Positions 47,129-58,577 of a stretch of 64,000 nucleotides of DNA are shown piece after piece. A program made the position numbers and the translations under genes. Origin of the DNA: Mobula hypostoma. Taxonomy: Eukaryota. Under the pieces are notes generated by a model. It was not told where the DNA came from. It saw only the letters and a list, made by a program, of their open reading frames with translations, and did not search any database. The stretch's first letter is position 1; the number at the start of each line of letters is the position of its first letter. Location of the stretch: the NCBI RefSeq assembly GCF_963921235.1, contig NC_086097.1, positions 256,248,001 to 256,312,000 of the forward strand, written 5' to 3'.

Positions 47129-47682
47129 ATTTTCTTTTCTTTTTCAATTTTTTTTTTGATTTCTATATAGAAGAGTACAGAGTCCAAGAGAATACATATT
47201 ATAAAAAAGAAAAAATATAATAATACCAGATACAGTATCTTGAATCACATTAACGAACCCCTTACTCTATATTCATATAGATTAGATTAATTTATGTATT
47301 AGAATATAAACAATTTTATTATAAAAAATCTACACCCACTACCAAAGTCAAAGCTGTTTGGGGAAAAAAAACCTATCAGTTAATAAAATATGCTATTAAC
47401 CAACTTCTGTACTTTAACAAGAAGTCAAAGATTATGAAAATAATTTTAAAACGGTCCCCAAAAATTTTGAGAATCTTGGTTAGATTCAGAAATTGAACAA
47501 CGAATCTTTTCTAAATTTAGGCATGCCATAACATCCCGTAACCACTGAGCATGATTAGGTGGAACAGCATTCTTCCATTTAAACAAAAGCGCCCTCCTAG
47601 CCATAACAGAGATAAAAGCCAAAATGTGCAAATCAGAAGTCTTCAAAATGACATCTTTCCTTCCAACAATACCAAATAGGGT
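47129..47682 (-). mobile_element. L1-clade LINE 3' end
   Basis: LAFISVMARRALLFKWKNAVPPNHAQWL..LNLEKIR..FWGPF (fish-type L1 ORF2 C-terminus), AT-rich UTR, A-rich tail. Confidence 0.82.
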
Positions 47683-47807
47683 ATTTGAGACATTTTAAAT
47701 ATCTCTGCTGGGGCCCCTACAATTCCTGCACTAACCTCCCACAGGGTCCAAAGAAACACATTGTCAGGCCCTGGGGATTTATCCAACTAATTTTCCTCAA
47801 GACAGCA

Positions 47808-48558
47808 AACATAGAACATAGAATAGTACTGCACAGTACAGGCCCTTCGGCCCACAATGTTGTGCCGACCCTCAAACCCTGCCTCCCATATAACACCCCA
47901 CCATAAATTCCTCCATATACCTGTCTAGCAGTCTCTTAAACTTCACTAGTGTAACTGCCTCCACCGCTGACTCAGGCAGTGTATTCCACGCACCAACCAC
48001 TCTCTGAGTGAAAAACCTTCCTCTAATATCCCCCCTTGAACTTCCCACCCCTTACCTTAAAGCCATGTCCTCTTGTACTGAGCAGTGGTGCCCTGGGGAA
48101 GAGGCGCTGGCTATCCACTCTATCTATTCCTCTTATTATCTTGTACACCTCTATCATGTCTCCTTTCATCCTCCTCCTCTCCAATGAGTAAAGCCCTAGC
48201 TTCCTTAATCTCTGATCATAATGCATACTCTCTAAACCAGGCAGCATTCTGGTAAATCTCCTCTGTACCCTTTCCAATGCTTCCACATCCTTCCTATAGT
48301 GAGGCAACCAGAACTGGACACAGTACTCCAAGTGTGGCCTAACCAGAGTTTTATAGAAATGCATCATTACATTGCGACTCTTAAACTCCATCCCTCGACT
48401 TATGAAAGCTAACACCCCATAAGCTTTCTTAACTACCCTATCCACCTGTAAGGCAACTTTCAGGGATCTATGGATATGTACCCCCAGATCCCTCTGCTCC
48501 TCCACACTACCAAGTATCCTGCCATTTACTTTGTACTCTGCCTTGGAGTTTGTCCTTC
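47808..48558 (-). mobile_element. CR1 family A 3' end
   Basis: ORF 48023-48505; TTCTATG tail. Confidence 0.95.
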
Positions 48559-49510
48559 CAGCACTGGGGCTCCACAGGGGACTGTCTTGTCTTCCTTTCT
48601 CTTCACCATTTACACCTCAGACTTCAACTACTGCACAGAGACTTGTCATCTTCAGAAGTTTTCTGATGACTCTGCCATAGTTGGATGTATCAGCAAGGGA
48701 GATGAGGCTGAGTACAGGGCTGCGGTAGGAAACTTTGTCACATGGTGTGAACAGAATTATCTGCGGCTTAATGTGAAAAAGACGAAGGTGCTGGTGGTAG
48801 ACCTGAGGAGAGCTAAGGCACCGGTGACCCCGTTTCCATCCGGGGGTCAGTGTGGACATGGTGGAGGATTACAAATTCCTGGGGATACGAATTGACAATA
48901 AACTGGACTGGTCAAGGAACAACAAGGATGTCTACAAGAAGGGTCAGAGCCATCTCTATTTCCTGAGGAGACTGAGGTCCTTTAACATCTGCTGGACGAT
49001 GCTGAGGATGTTCTACGAGTCTGTGGTGGCCAGTGCGATTATGTTTGCTGTTGTGTGCTGGGGCAGCAGGCTGAGGGTAGCAGACACCAACAGAATCAAC
49101 AAACTCATTCGTAAGGCCAGAGATGTTGTGGGGATGGAACTGGACTCTCTCACGGTGGTGTCTGAAAAGAGGATGCTGTCCAAGTTGCATGCCATCTTGG
49201 ACAATGTCTCCCATCCAATACATAATGTACTGGTTGGGCACAGGAGTACATTCAGCCAGAGACTCATTCCACCGAGATGCAACACAGAGCGTCATAGGAA
49301 GTCATTCCTGCCTGTGGCCATCAAACTTTACAACTCCTCCCTTGGAGGGTCAGACACCCTGAGCCAATAGGCTGGTCCTGGACTTAATTCCTGGCATAAT
49401 TTACATATTACTATGTAACTATTTATGGTTTTATTACTATTTAATTATTTATGGTGCAACTGTAATGAAAACCAATTTCCCCCGGCATCAATAAAGTATG
49501 ACTATGACTT
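48559..49510 (+). mobile_element. Rex1/Babar LINE, 5'-truncated RT and 3' UTR
   Basis: TGAPQGTVLSSFLFTIYTSD, QKFSDDSAIVG, LYFLRRLRSF, SFLPVAIKLYN; ends aataaagtatgactatgact. Confidence 0.92.
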
Positions 49511-49511
49511 T

Positions 49512-51705
49512 GAAAATTTGAAGTGTCAGTATTACAGTTGAACAAAGGGAACTATGGAGCTATGAGGGAGGAGCTGGCCAAAGTTCAATGGAACAATACC
49601 CTGGCAGGGATAACAGTGGAACAATAATGGCAGGTATTTCTGGAATAATGCAGAAGGTGTACGATCAGTTCATTCCAAAGAGGAAGAAAGATCCTAAGGG
49701 GAGTAAGGGGAGACCATGGCTGACAAGGGAAGTAAAGGACAGTATAAAGATAAAAGAGAAGAAGGATAACATAGCAAATATGAGTGGGAAGCTGGAGGAT
49801 TGGGAAACTTTTAAAGAGCAACAGAAGATAACTAAAAAGGTAATATGCGGAGAAAAAATGAGGTACGAAGGTAAACTAGCCAAGAATATAAAGAAGGATA
49901 GTAAAAGCTTCTTTAGGTATGTGAAAAGGAAAAAAATAGTTAAGACCAAAATTGGGCCCTTGAAGACAGAAAAGGGTGAATTTATTATGGGGAACAAGGA
50001 AATAGCAGTCGAGTTGAACAGGTACTTTGGAACTGTCTTCACTATGGAAGACACAAACAATCTCCCAGATATAATAGTGGCCAAAGGACCTAAGGTAATG
50101 GATGAACTGAAGAAAATTTATATTAGGCAGGAAATGGTGTTGGATAGACTGTTGGATCTGAAGGCTGATAAGTCCCCGGGACCTGATGGTCTGCATCCCA
50201 GGGTACTTAAGTAGGTGGCTTTAGAAATCGTGGACGCATTGGTAATCATTTTCCAATGTTCTATAGATACAGGATCAGTTCCTGTGGATTGGAGGGTGGG
50301 TAATGTTGTCCCACTTTTCAAGAAAGGAGGGAGAGAGAAAACAGGGAATTATAGACCGGTTAGCCTGACGTCAGTGGTGGGAAAGATACTGGAGTCAATT
50401 ATAAAAGATGAAATTACGACACATTTAGATGGCAGCAACAGGATAGGTCCGAGTCAGCATGGATTTACGAAGGGGAAATCATGCTTGACTAATCTTCTGG
50501 AATTTTTTGAGGATGTAACTATGAAAATGGACAAGGGAGAGCCAGTGGATATAGTGTACCTGGACTTTCAGAAAGCCTTTGATAAAGTTCCACATAGGAG
50601 ATTAGTGGGCAAAATTAGGGCACATGGTATTGGGGGCAGAGTACTGACATGGATTGAAAATTGGCTGGCTGACAGGAAACAAAGAGTAGCGATTAACGGG
50701 TCCCTTTCAGAATAGCAGGCAGTGACCAGTGGGGTACCGCAGGGTTCAGTGCTGGGACCACAGCTGTTTACAATATACATTAGTGATTTAGATGAAGGGA
50801 TTAAAAGTGATATTAGCAAATTTGCAGATGACACAAAGCTGGGTGGCAGTGTGAAATGTGAGGAGGATGTTATGAGAATGCAGGGTGACTTGGACAGGCT
50901 GGGTGGGTGAGTGGGTGGACGCATGGCAGATGCAGTTTAATGTGGATAAATGTGAGGTGGTAAGAACAGGAAGGCAGATTATTATCTAAATGAAGTCAAG
51001 TTAGGAAAAGGGGAAGCACAACGAGATCTAGGTGTTCTTGTACATCAGCCACTGAAAGCAAGCATGCAGGCAAGGGGAATTGAGTTTAAGAGCAAACAGG
51101 TCCTTCTGCAGCTGTATAGGGCCCTGGGTGAGACCACACCTGGAGTATTGTGTGCAGTTTTGGTCTCCAAATTTGAGGAAGGACATTCTTGCTATTGAGG
51201 GAGTGCAGCGTAGGTTCACAAGGTTAATTCCCGGGATGGCGGGACTGTTATATGTTGAAAGATTGGAGCGACTGGGCTTGTATACACTGGAATTTAGAAG
51301 GATGAGAGGGGATCTGATTGAAACATATAAGATTATTAAGGGATTGGACACGCTGCAGGCAGGAAGCATGTTCCCGCTGATGGGTGAGTCCAGAATCAGA
51401 GGCCACAGTTTAAGAATAAGGGGTAGCCATTTAGAACGGAATTGAGGAAAAACTTTGTCACCCAGAGAGTGGTGGATATGTGGAATGCTCTGCCCCAGAA
51501 GGCAGTGGAGGCTAAGTCTCTGGATGTTTTCAAGAAAGAGATGGATAGAGCTCTTAAAGATGGTGGAATCAAAGGTTATGGGGATAAGGCAGGAACTGGA
51601 TACTGATTGTGGATGATCAGCTATGATCACAGTGAATTGCGGTGCTGGCTTGAAGGGCCGAATGGCCTACTCCTGCACCTACTGTCTATTGTCTATTATA
51701 TTGTC
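49512..51705 (+). mobile_element. CR1 family F (linker, RT, 3' end), inverted relative to 42715-45643
   Basis: ORFs 49588, 50215, 50722 and 51080; TCTATTG tail. Confidence 0.95.
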
Positions 51706-52675
51706 CTGAAAACAGACTACAGGGAGTTAGGAAAGAAGCTGAGAAGTAGGACCACAAGGGTAGTAATCCAGATTTGCGGCGGGCTGGGGGGGGGGGGGAA
51801 CCGACCTGAAGAGATGGAGGAAGGGGTGGTTGACTCACAAATCGAGAAAACTTGTAAACAGTGTGAGAGGGAGGACAGGCAGGTGATGGAGAAGAGATGC
51901 GCTCAGACTGATGGTTTGAGATGTGTCTATTTTAATGCAAGGAGTATCATGAACAAAGCGGATGAGCTTAGAGCATAGATCAGTACTTGGAGCTATGATG
52001 TTGTGGCCAGTACAGAGACTTGGATGGCTCAGGGGCGGGAATAGCTACTTAGAGTGCCAGGCTTTAGATGTTTCAGGAAGGACAGGGAGGGAGGCAAGAG
52101 GTGGGAGCAAGGCACTGCTCATAGTGTCACTGCTGCAGAAAGGGAGGAAGTAATGGAGGGGTTATCTATGGAGTGTCTGTGGGTGGAAGTTAGAAACAGG
52201 AAGGCAGAGGTCCATGAATGTCAGGGAGCAGGAGTGAGCACTATTGCTATTACAAAGGAAAAAGTGCAAGGCAGACTGCAAGGTCTTAGTGTGGATAAGT
52301 CACCTGGGACAAGTGGACTACATCCCAGAGTCTTGAGAGAGGTTGCTGAAGAGATAATGGATGCATTGGTCATGATCTTTCAAGAATCACTTGATTAGGC
52401 ATGGTCCCGGAGGACTGGAAGATTGCAAATGTCACTCTTTAAGAAGGGAGAAAAGCAAAAGAAAGGAAATTATAGGCTAGTCAGCCCAAACTCAGTGGTT
52501 GGGAAAGTGTTGGAGTCTATTAATAAGGATGAGTTTTCGAGATACTTAGGGACTAATGATAAAATAAGTCAAAGTCAGCATGGTTTCTGTGACGGGAAAT
52601 CTAGCCTGACAAATCTGTTAGTTCTTCGAGGAAGTAACAGCAGAGTGGACAAAGGACAGAGAGTGGATGTCATTT

Positions 52676-53109
52676 CAGCAGGCCAGGTAGCATCTATGGA
52701 AAAAAAGTACAGTCGACGTTTCGGGCCAAAACCCTCCAGCAGGACTGGAGAAAAAAAGCTGAGGAGTAGATTTGAAAGATGGGGGGGGGTGCGGGAGGGA
52801 GGGGAGAGAGAAACGCCAGTTGACAGGTGAAACTTGGAGGGGGGAGGGATGAAACAAAGAGCAAGGAAGTTGATTGATGAAAGAGACAAAATACCATGGA
52901 AGAAAGAAAAAAAAACAGGTGGGGGGGGAGAGCAGCACCAGAGGGAGGAGATGGGCAGGCAAGGAGATAACATGAGAGAAGGACAAGGGAATGGGAAATG
53001 GTGAAGGAGGTGGGGAGACATTACTGGAAGTTTGAGAAGTCGATGTTCATGCCATCAGGTTGGAGTCTACCTAAACGGAATATAAGGTGTTATTCCTCCA
53101 ACGAAATGC
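52676..53109 (-). mobile_element. Penelope-like element 3' fragment
   Basis: Minus translation HLIFRLGRLQPDGMNIDFSNFQ*, pyrimidine-rich UTR, HHR; 13-bp TSD gtggat(g/a)tcattt (52663-52675 / 53110-53122). Confidence 0.88.
52710..52747 (-). ncRNA. Minimal hammerhead motif with non-canonical core
   Basis: cagtc-CTGCTGG-agggttttggccc-GAAACGTC-gactg: stems I and II and the GUC site are intact, but the core is CUGCUGG instead of CUGANGA. Confidence 0.7.
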
Positions 53110-53880
53110 GTGGATATCATTTTCTTGGATTTTTAGAAGGTGTTGGATAAGGTGCCACACACGAGGCTTCTTAACAAGATAAAATCCTATGACGTTACAG
53201 GAAATACTGGCATGGATAGAATTGCTGACAGGCAGGAGGCCGCGAGTGGGAATAAACAAAGCCTTTTCTGGTTGGCTGCTGGTGACTAGTGGCGTTGCTC
53301 AGCAGTCAGTACTGGGACCACTGCTTTTCACATTGTTTGTCAGTGATTTAGATAATGGAATGCTGACACAGACTGCATTGGAAGCCAATTCCATGGGTAT
53401 ACTGAAGGCGGTTGATCGTTTCCCAAATGGTCAGGGCATCAAAGGATATGGCGAGAAGGCAGGTATATGGGTTTGAGTGGCATCTGGGATGATCCATGAT
53501 GGAATGGCGGAGCAGACTCAATGGGCTCTACAGATTTGTCAGGCAAGACTTCCCTTCACAGAAACCATACTGAGTTTAGGCTAACTGGCCTATAAGTTAT
53601 TTTCTTTTGCCTTCCTGCCTTCTTAAAGAATGGAGTGACATTTTCCATCTTACAGTCCTCTGGGACCATGCCAGAATCATGTGATTCTTGAAACGTCATG
53701 ATCAATGCATCCACTATCTCTTCAACAACCTTTCAAAGGACTCTGGGATGTAGTCCATCTAGTCCAGGTGACTTATTCACCTTACGACCTTTGAGATGCC
53801 TTGCACTTTTTCCTTTATATCAGCATTGGCACTCACTCCTGCTCCCTGACACTCAAGGACCTCTGGCATACAGCTAGTGT

Positions 53881-55785
53881 CTATTATCACCGGCACGTGT
53901 CATGAAATTTGTTAACTTAGCAGCAGCAGTAGTTCAATGCAATACATAATATAGAAAAAAATAAACAAAATAAAATAATATTAAATAAACAACAGTATAT
54001 TATATATTTAATAGATTAAAAAGCCAGAAATAATATATATTTAAAAAGTGAGGTAGTGTCCAAGCATTCAATGTCCATTTAGGAATCGGATGGCAGAGGG
54101 GAAGAAACTATTCCTGAATCGTTGAGTATGTACCTTCAGGCTTCTGTACCTCCTACCTGATGGTAACAGTGAGAAAAGGGCATGCCCTGGGTGCTGGAAC
54201 TCCTTAACTTTGTAGACTAGTACCCAGGATGGAGCTGACTAAATTTACGACCTTCTGCACCTTCTTTCAGTACTGTGCATTAGCCCCCACCCCCCATACC
54301 AGACAGTGACACAGCCTGTCAGAATGCTCTCCATGGTACATCTATGGAAGTTTTTGAGTGTATTTGTTGACATACCAAATCTCTTCAAACTCTTAATGAA
54401 GTATAGTTGCTGTCTTGCCTTCTTTATAACTGCATCAATATGTTGGGACCAGGTTAGCTCCTCAAAGATCTTGACACCCAAGAACTTGAAACTGCTCACT
54501 CTCTCCACTTCTGATCCCTGTATGAGGATTGGTATGTGTTCCTTCATCTTACCCTTCCTGAAGTCCACAATCAGTTCTTTCGTCTTACTTACGTTGAGTG
54601 CCAGGTTGTTGCTGCGACACCACTCCACTAGTCGGCATACCTTGTTCCTGTACACCCTCTCTCATCACCATCAGAGATTCTACCAACAATGGTTGTAACA
54701 TCAGCAAATTTATAGATGGTACTTGAACTATGTCTACCCATACAGTCATGTGCATATAGAGAGTAGAGCAGTGAGCGAAGCACACACCCCTGAGGTGCAC
54801 CAGTGTTAATCATCAACGAGAAGGAGATGTTATCTTGTGGTCTCCCGCTTACAAAGTCAAGGATCCAATTGCAGAGGGAGGTACAGAGGCCAGGTTCTGT
54901 AACTTCTCAATCAGGATTATGGGAATGATGGTAGGAGGAGAGAAGATGGCGGCGCGACGTAGTTTGCAGCGGCCACTCCAGTGGTGATGTCTGTTATTTG
55001 TCAAGTACGGTGCCGTGCACAATCCTGATTTGATGGAGACGGGCATAACAGCATGGAGGAACATCTGGAGAAACTTCTGAAATGCCTGCTTCGCTGCTGC
55101 TGCTACTGTGTGGTCCGAAATCTCCGGAGGGGAAGGCCCCACGTCCTCGGTTTTGCTTGCTGCTCGGCAGCCGGGGCAGGATCGAAGCTCTCGGCAGAGG
55201 ATGGTGCTCGGTGTCGAAGGGCTGGTCGGAGGCTCAAAGTTTTCGGACGGACTCAGAGTCCGCTGCGGTCAGGTGCTCTCAATGGTGCTGCATCGGCAAG
55301 TCTGCAGCGCTTGGAGGTTCATAGCACACAGAGTTTCTCCCTTCTACTGTCTGCATGAGATGATGAGGCTATTGGGACTTTAAGACTTTTTTTTTACTGT
55401 GCCCATGGTCTGCTCTTTATCAGATTACGGTATTGCTTTGCACTGTTGTAACTATGTGTTACAATTATGTGGTTTTGTCAGTTTTAGTCTTGGTTTGTCC
55501 TGTGTTTCTTGTGATATCATTCTGGAGAAACATTGTATCATTTTTTAATGCATTTCTAAATGACAATAAACGAGGACTCAGTGTCCTCATAATCTAATCT
55601 AATCTACATGCTGAGCTATAGTCAATGAACAGCATCCTGACATAGGTGTTTGTGTTGTCCAGGTGGTCGAGAGCCATTGAGATTGCATCTGCCATTGACC
55701 TATTGTGGTGATAGGCAAATTGCAATGGGTCCAGGTCTTTGTTGAGGCAGGAGTTCAGTCTAGTCATGACCAACCTCTCAAAGCA
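53881..55785 (-). mobile_element. Rex1/Babar-type LINE (RT to 3' UTR), interrupted at 54934-55606
   Basis: [48 protein letters not shown]. Confidence 0.92.
54934..55606 (+). mobile_element. Non-coding, non-autonomous retroposon (~670 bp) with CpG-rich head and (AATCT)n tail
   Basis: Cleanly interrupts the Rex1 SAFNTIIP codons; starts ggaggagagAAGATGGCGGC; ends aataaac-gaggactcagtgtcctc-ataatctaatctaatct; second truncated copy at 24498. Confidence 0.8.
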
Positions 55786-55789
55786 CAGA

Positions 55790-56408
55790 CGTAAAGAACA
55801 CATTACGTTCATCTGCCATTTCTTTGTCCCCCATTACTACCTTCACCAGCAACATTTTCCAGTGGTCCTATATCAACTCTCACCTCCCTTTAACTCTTTA
55901 GATAACTGAACAAACTTTTGGTATCCTGCTTTAGATCATTGGCTAGTCTGCCTTCATATTTCACCTCTTCCCTTCTTATAGCTTTTTTAGTTGCCATTTG
56001 TTGGATTTTAAAAGCTTCCCAATCATCCAACTTCCCACTCACTTTTGCAACCTTATATGCCTGTTGATTTGGCTTTTATGCAGTCCTTAACTTCTTGTCA
56101 GCCACGGTTGCCTACCCCTGCCGCTTGAGAACTGCTTCCTCTGTGGGACATACCTACCATGCGCCTTGTGATCTGTTCCCAGAAGCTTCAGCCGTCTCTG
56201 CTCTGCCATCATTCCCGCCAGTATCCTCCTCCAATCCACCTGGGCAAGCTCCTCTCTCATGCCTCCATAATTCCCTTTATTCCATTACAATACTAATACA
56301 TGTGACTTATGCTTCTCCCTCTCAAATTGCAGTATGAATTCAATATTACGCTCACTGCCTCCAAAGGGTTCCTAAGATAGCCTTTCCCTGAGTAGGCTCA
56401 AGCACAAC
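55790..56408 (-). mobile_element. Old CR1 linker fragment
   Basis: Similar to 2726-3190. Confidence 0.78.
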
Positions 56409-57878
56409 TCTATCTCCTTCACCATAGCAATGGAGAGGGATAGGAGCAGACAATCTGGAAAAACATTTAATTGGGGTAGGGGGAAATATGATACTATTAG
56501 GCAGGAACTTGGGAATATAAATTGGGAGCAGATGTTCTCAGGAAAATGCATGGCAGAAATGTGGCAAATGCTCAGGGAACATTTGCATAGAGTTCTGCAT
56601 AGGCATGTTCCATTGAGGCTGGGAAAGGATGGTAGAGTTAAATTACCATGGTTTACAAAGTATGTAGAAAATCTAGTTAAGAAGAAAGAAAAGCTTACGA
56701 AAGGTTCAGAAACTAGGTACTGTTAGAGCTCCAGAAAATTACAAGGTTGCTAGGAAGGAGCTTAAGAATGGAATCAAGACAGCTCGAAGGGGCCATGAGA
56801 AGGCCTTGGTGAGTAGGATTAAGGAAAACCCCAAAGCATTCTACAAGTATGTGAAGAGCAAGAGGATGAGCCGTGTGAGAATAGGTGCAATAGTGGAAAT
56901 GTGTGCATAGAGCCGGAGGAGGTAGCAGAGGTTCTTAATACTTTGCTTCAGTATTCACAAGGGAAAAAGACGTTGGCAATTGTGGGAATGACTTACAGCG
57001 TACTGAAACGCTTGAGCATATAGACATTAAGAAAGAGGATGTGCTGGAGCTTTTGAAAGGCATTAAATTAGATAAGTCACTGGGACTGGATGAGATATAC
57101 CTCAGGCTACTGTGGGAAGTGAGGGAGGAGATTGCTGAGCTTCTTGTGATGATTTTTGCATCATCAATAGAGACAGGAGAAATACCGGAGGATTGGAGGG
57201 TTGCAAATGCTATTCCCTTGTTCGAGAAAGGGAGTAGAGATAACCCAGGAAATTATACACCAGTGAGTCTGACTTCAGTGGTGGGCAAGTCGTTGGAGAA
57301 GGTCCTGAGAGGCAGGAATTATGAGCATTTGGAAAGACATAATCTGATTTGGGATAGTCAGCATGGCTTTGTCAAGGGCATGTCATGCCTTACGAGCCTG
57401 ATTGAATTCTTTGAGGATGTAATAAAACACATCGATGAAGGTAGAGCAGTGGCTGTAGAGTATATGGATTTCAGTAAGGCATTTGATAAGGCTCCCCATG
57501 CGAGGCTCCTTTAGAAAGTAAGGAGGCATGGGATCCAAGCAGAACTTCCTTTGTGGGTCTAGAACTGGCTTGCCCACAGAAGGCAAAGAGTGGTTATAGG
57601 TGGTTCACATTCTGCATAGAGGTCAGTGACCAGTGGTGTTTTGCAGGGATTCCTCCTCCTTGTGATTTTTATAAATGACTTGGATGAGGAAGTAGAAGGG
57701 TGGTTAGTAAGTTTGCTGATGACACAAGAGGGTTGGGAGTGTTGTGGATAGTCTGGAGGGTTGTCAGAGGTTAGCGGGACATCGATAGGATGCCGAACTG
57801 GGCTGAGAAGTGACAGATGGACTTCAACACAGTTAAGCGTGAAGTGGTTCATTTTGATAGGTCCAATTTGAAGATAGA

Positions 57879-58227
57879 TAGATAGATAGATAAATATACT
57901 TTATTAATCCCGAGGGAAATTTGGTTTCGTTACAGCCGCACCAACCAAGAATAGAGCGTAAATATAGCAATACAAAAAACCCCAACAATCAAACACCAAA
58001 ATGCAAACTATGCCAGATGGAAAATAAGTCCAGGACCAGTCTATTGGCTCAGGGTGCCTGACCCTACACGGGAGGAGCTGCATGTTCGATGGCCACAGGC
58101 AGGAACGACCTCCCGTGCCGCCAAGTGTTGTATCACGGTGGAATGTGGCCGAAGTCCAACAGTAAAAAGTTCAATATCCATTCTGCAAACACGTTCCTCG
58201 ATCGTAATATACCACGGATTGCACCAT
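57879..58227 (-). mobile_element. Short bipartite retroposon with Rex1-derived 3' part and (TCTA)n tail
   Basis: Reverse complement of 62779-63117; TSD agataga (57872-57878 / 58228-58234). Confidence 0.85.
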
Positions 58228-58577
58228 AGATAGAATATAATATAAATGGTATGACTCCTGGCAGTGTGGAGGATCTGAGAGATCTTGGGGTCCGTGTCGA
58301 TAGGACACTCAAAGCTGCTGTGCAGGTTGATAGTGTTGTTAAGAAGCCGTATGGTGTATTGGCATTCATCAACCGTGGGACTGAGTTCAAGAGCCGTGAG
58401 GTAATGTTACAGCTGTACAAGACCTTGGTCAGACCCCACTTGGAGTCCTGTGTTCAGTTCTGGTCACCTCACTACAGGAAAGATGTGGATACTATACAGA
58501 GAGTGCAGAGGAGATTTACAAGGATATTGCTTGGATTAAAGGGCGTACCCTATGAGAAGTTGAGTGTACTTGCCCTT

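Larger units (their letters stand above)
51706..53880. mobile_element. Mosaic of heavily deleted CR1 fragments (plus strand to ~53530, then minus)
   Basis: CVYFNARS, VDKSPG, QHGFC and SGVAQQSVLGP remnants. Confidence 0.78.

Noticed and set aside
32335..48558. Segmental duplication or assembly artefact explaining repeated CR1-A blocks
   Set aside because: The copies have different truncation points, flanks and private mutations, as expected for independent insertions.
54849..55383. Overlapping short ORFs in the GC-rich head
   Set aside because: No recognisable domain; expected from stop-codon scarcity in GC-rich sequence.
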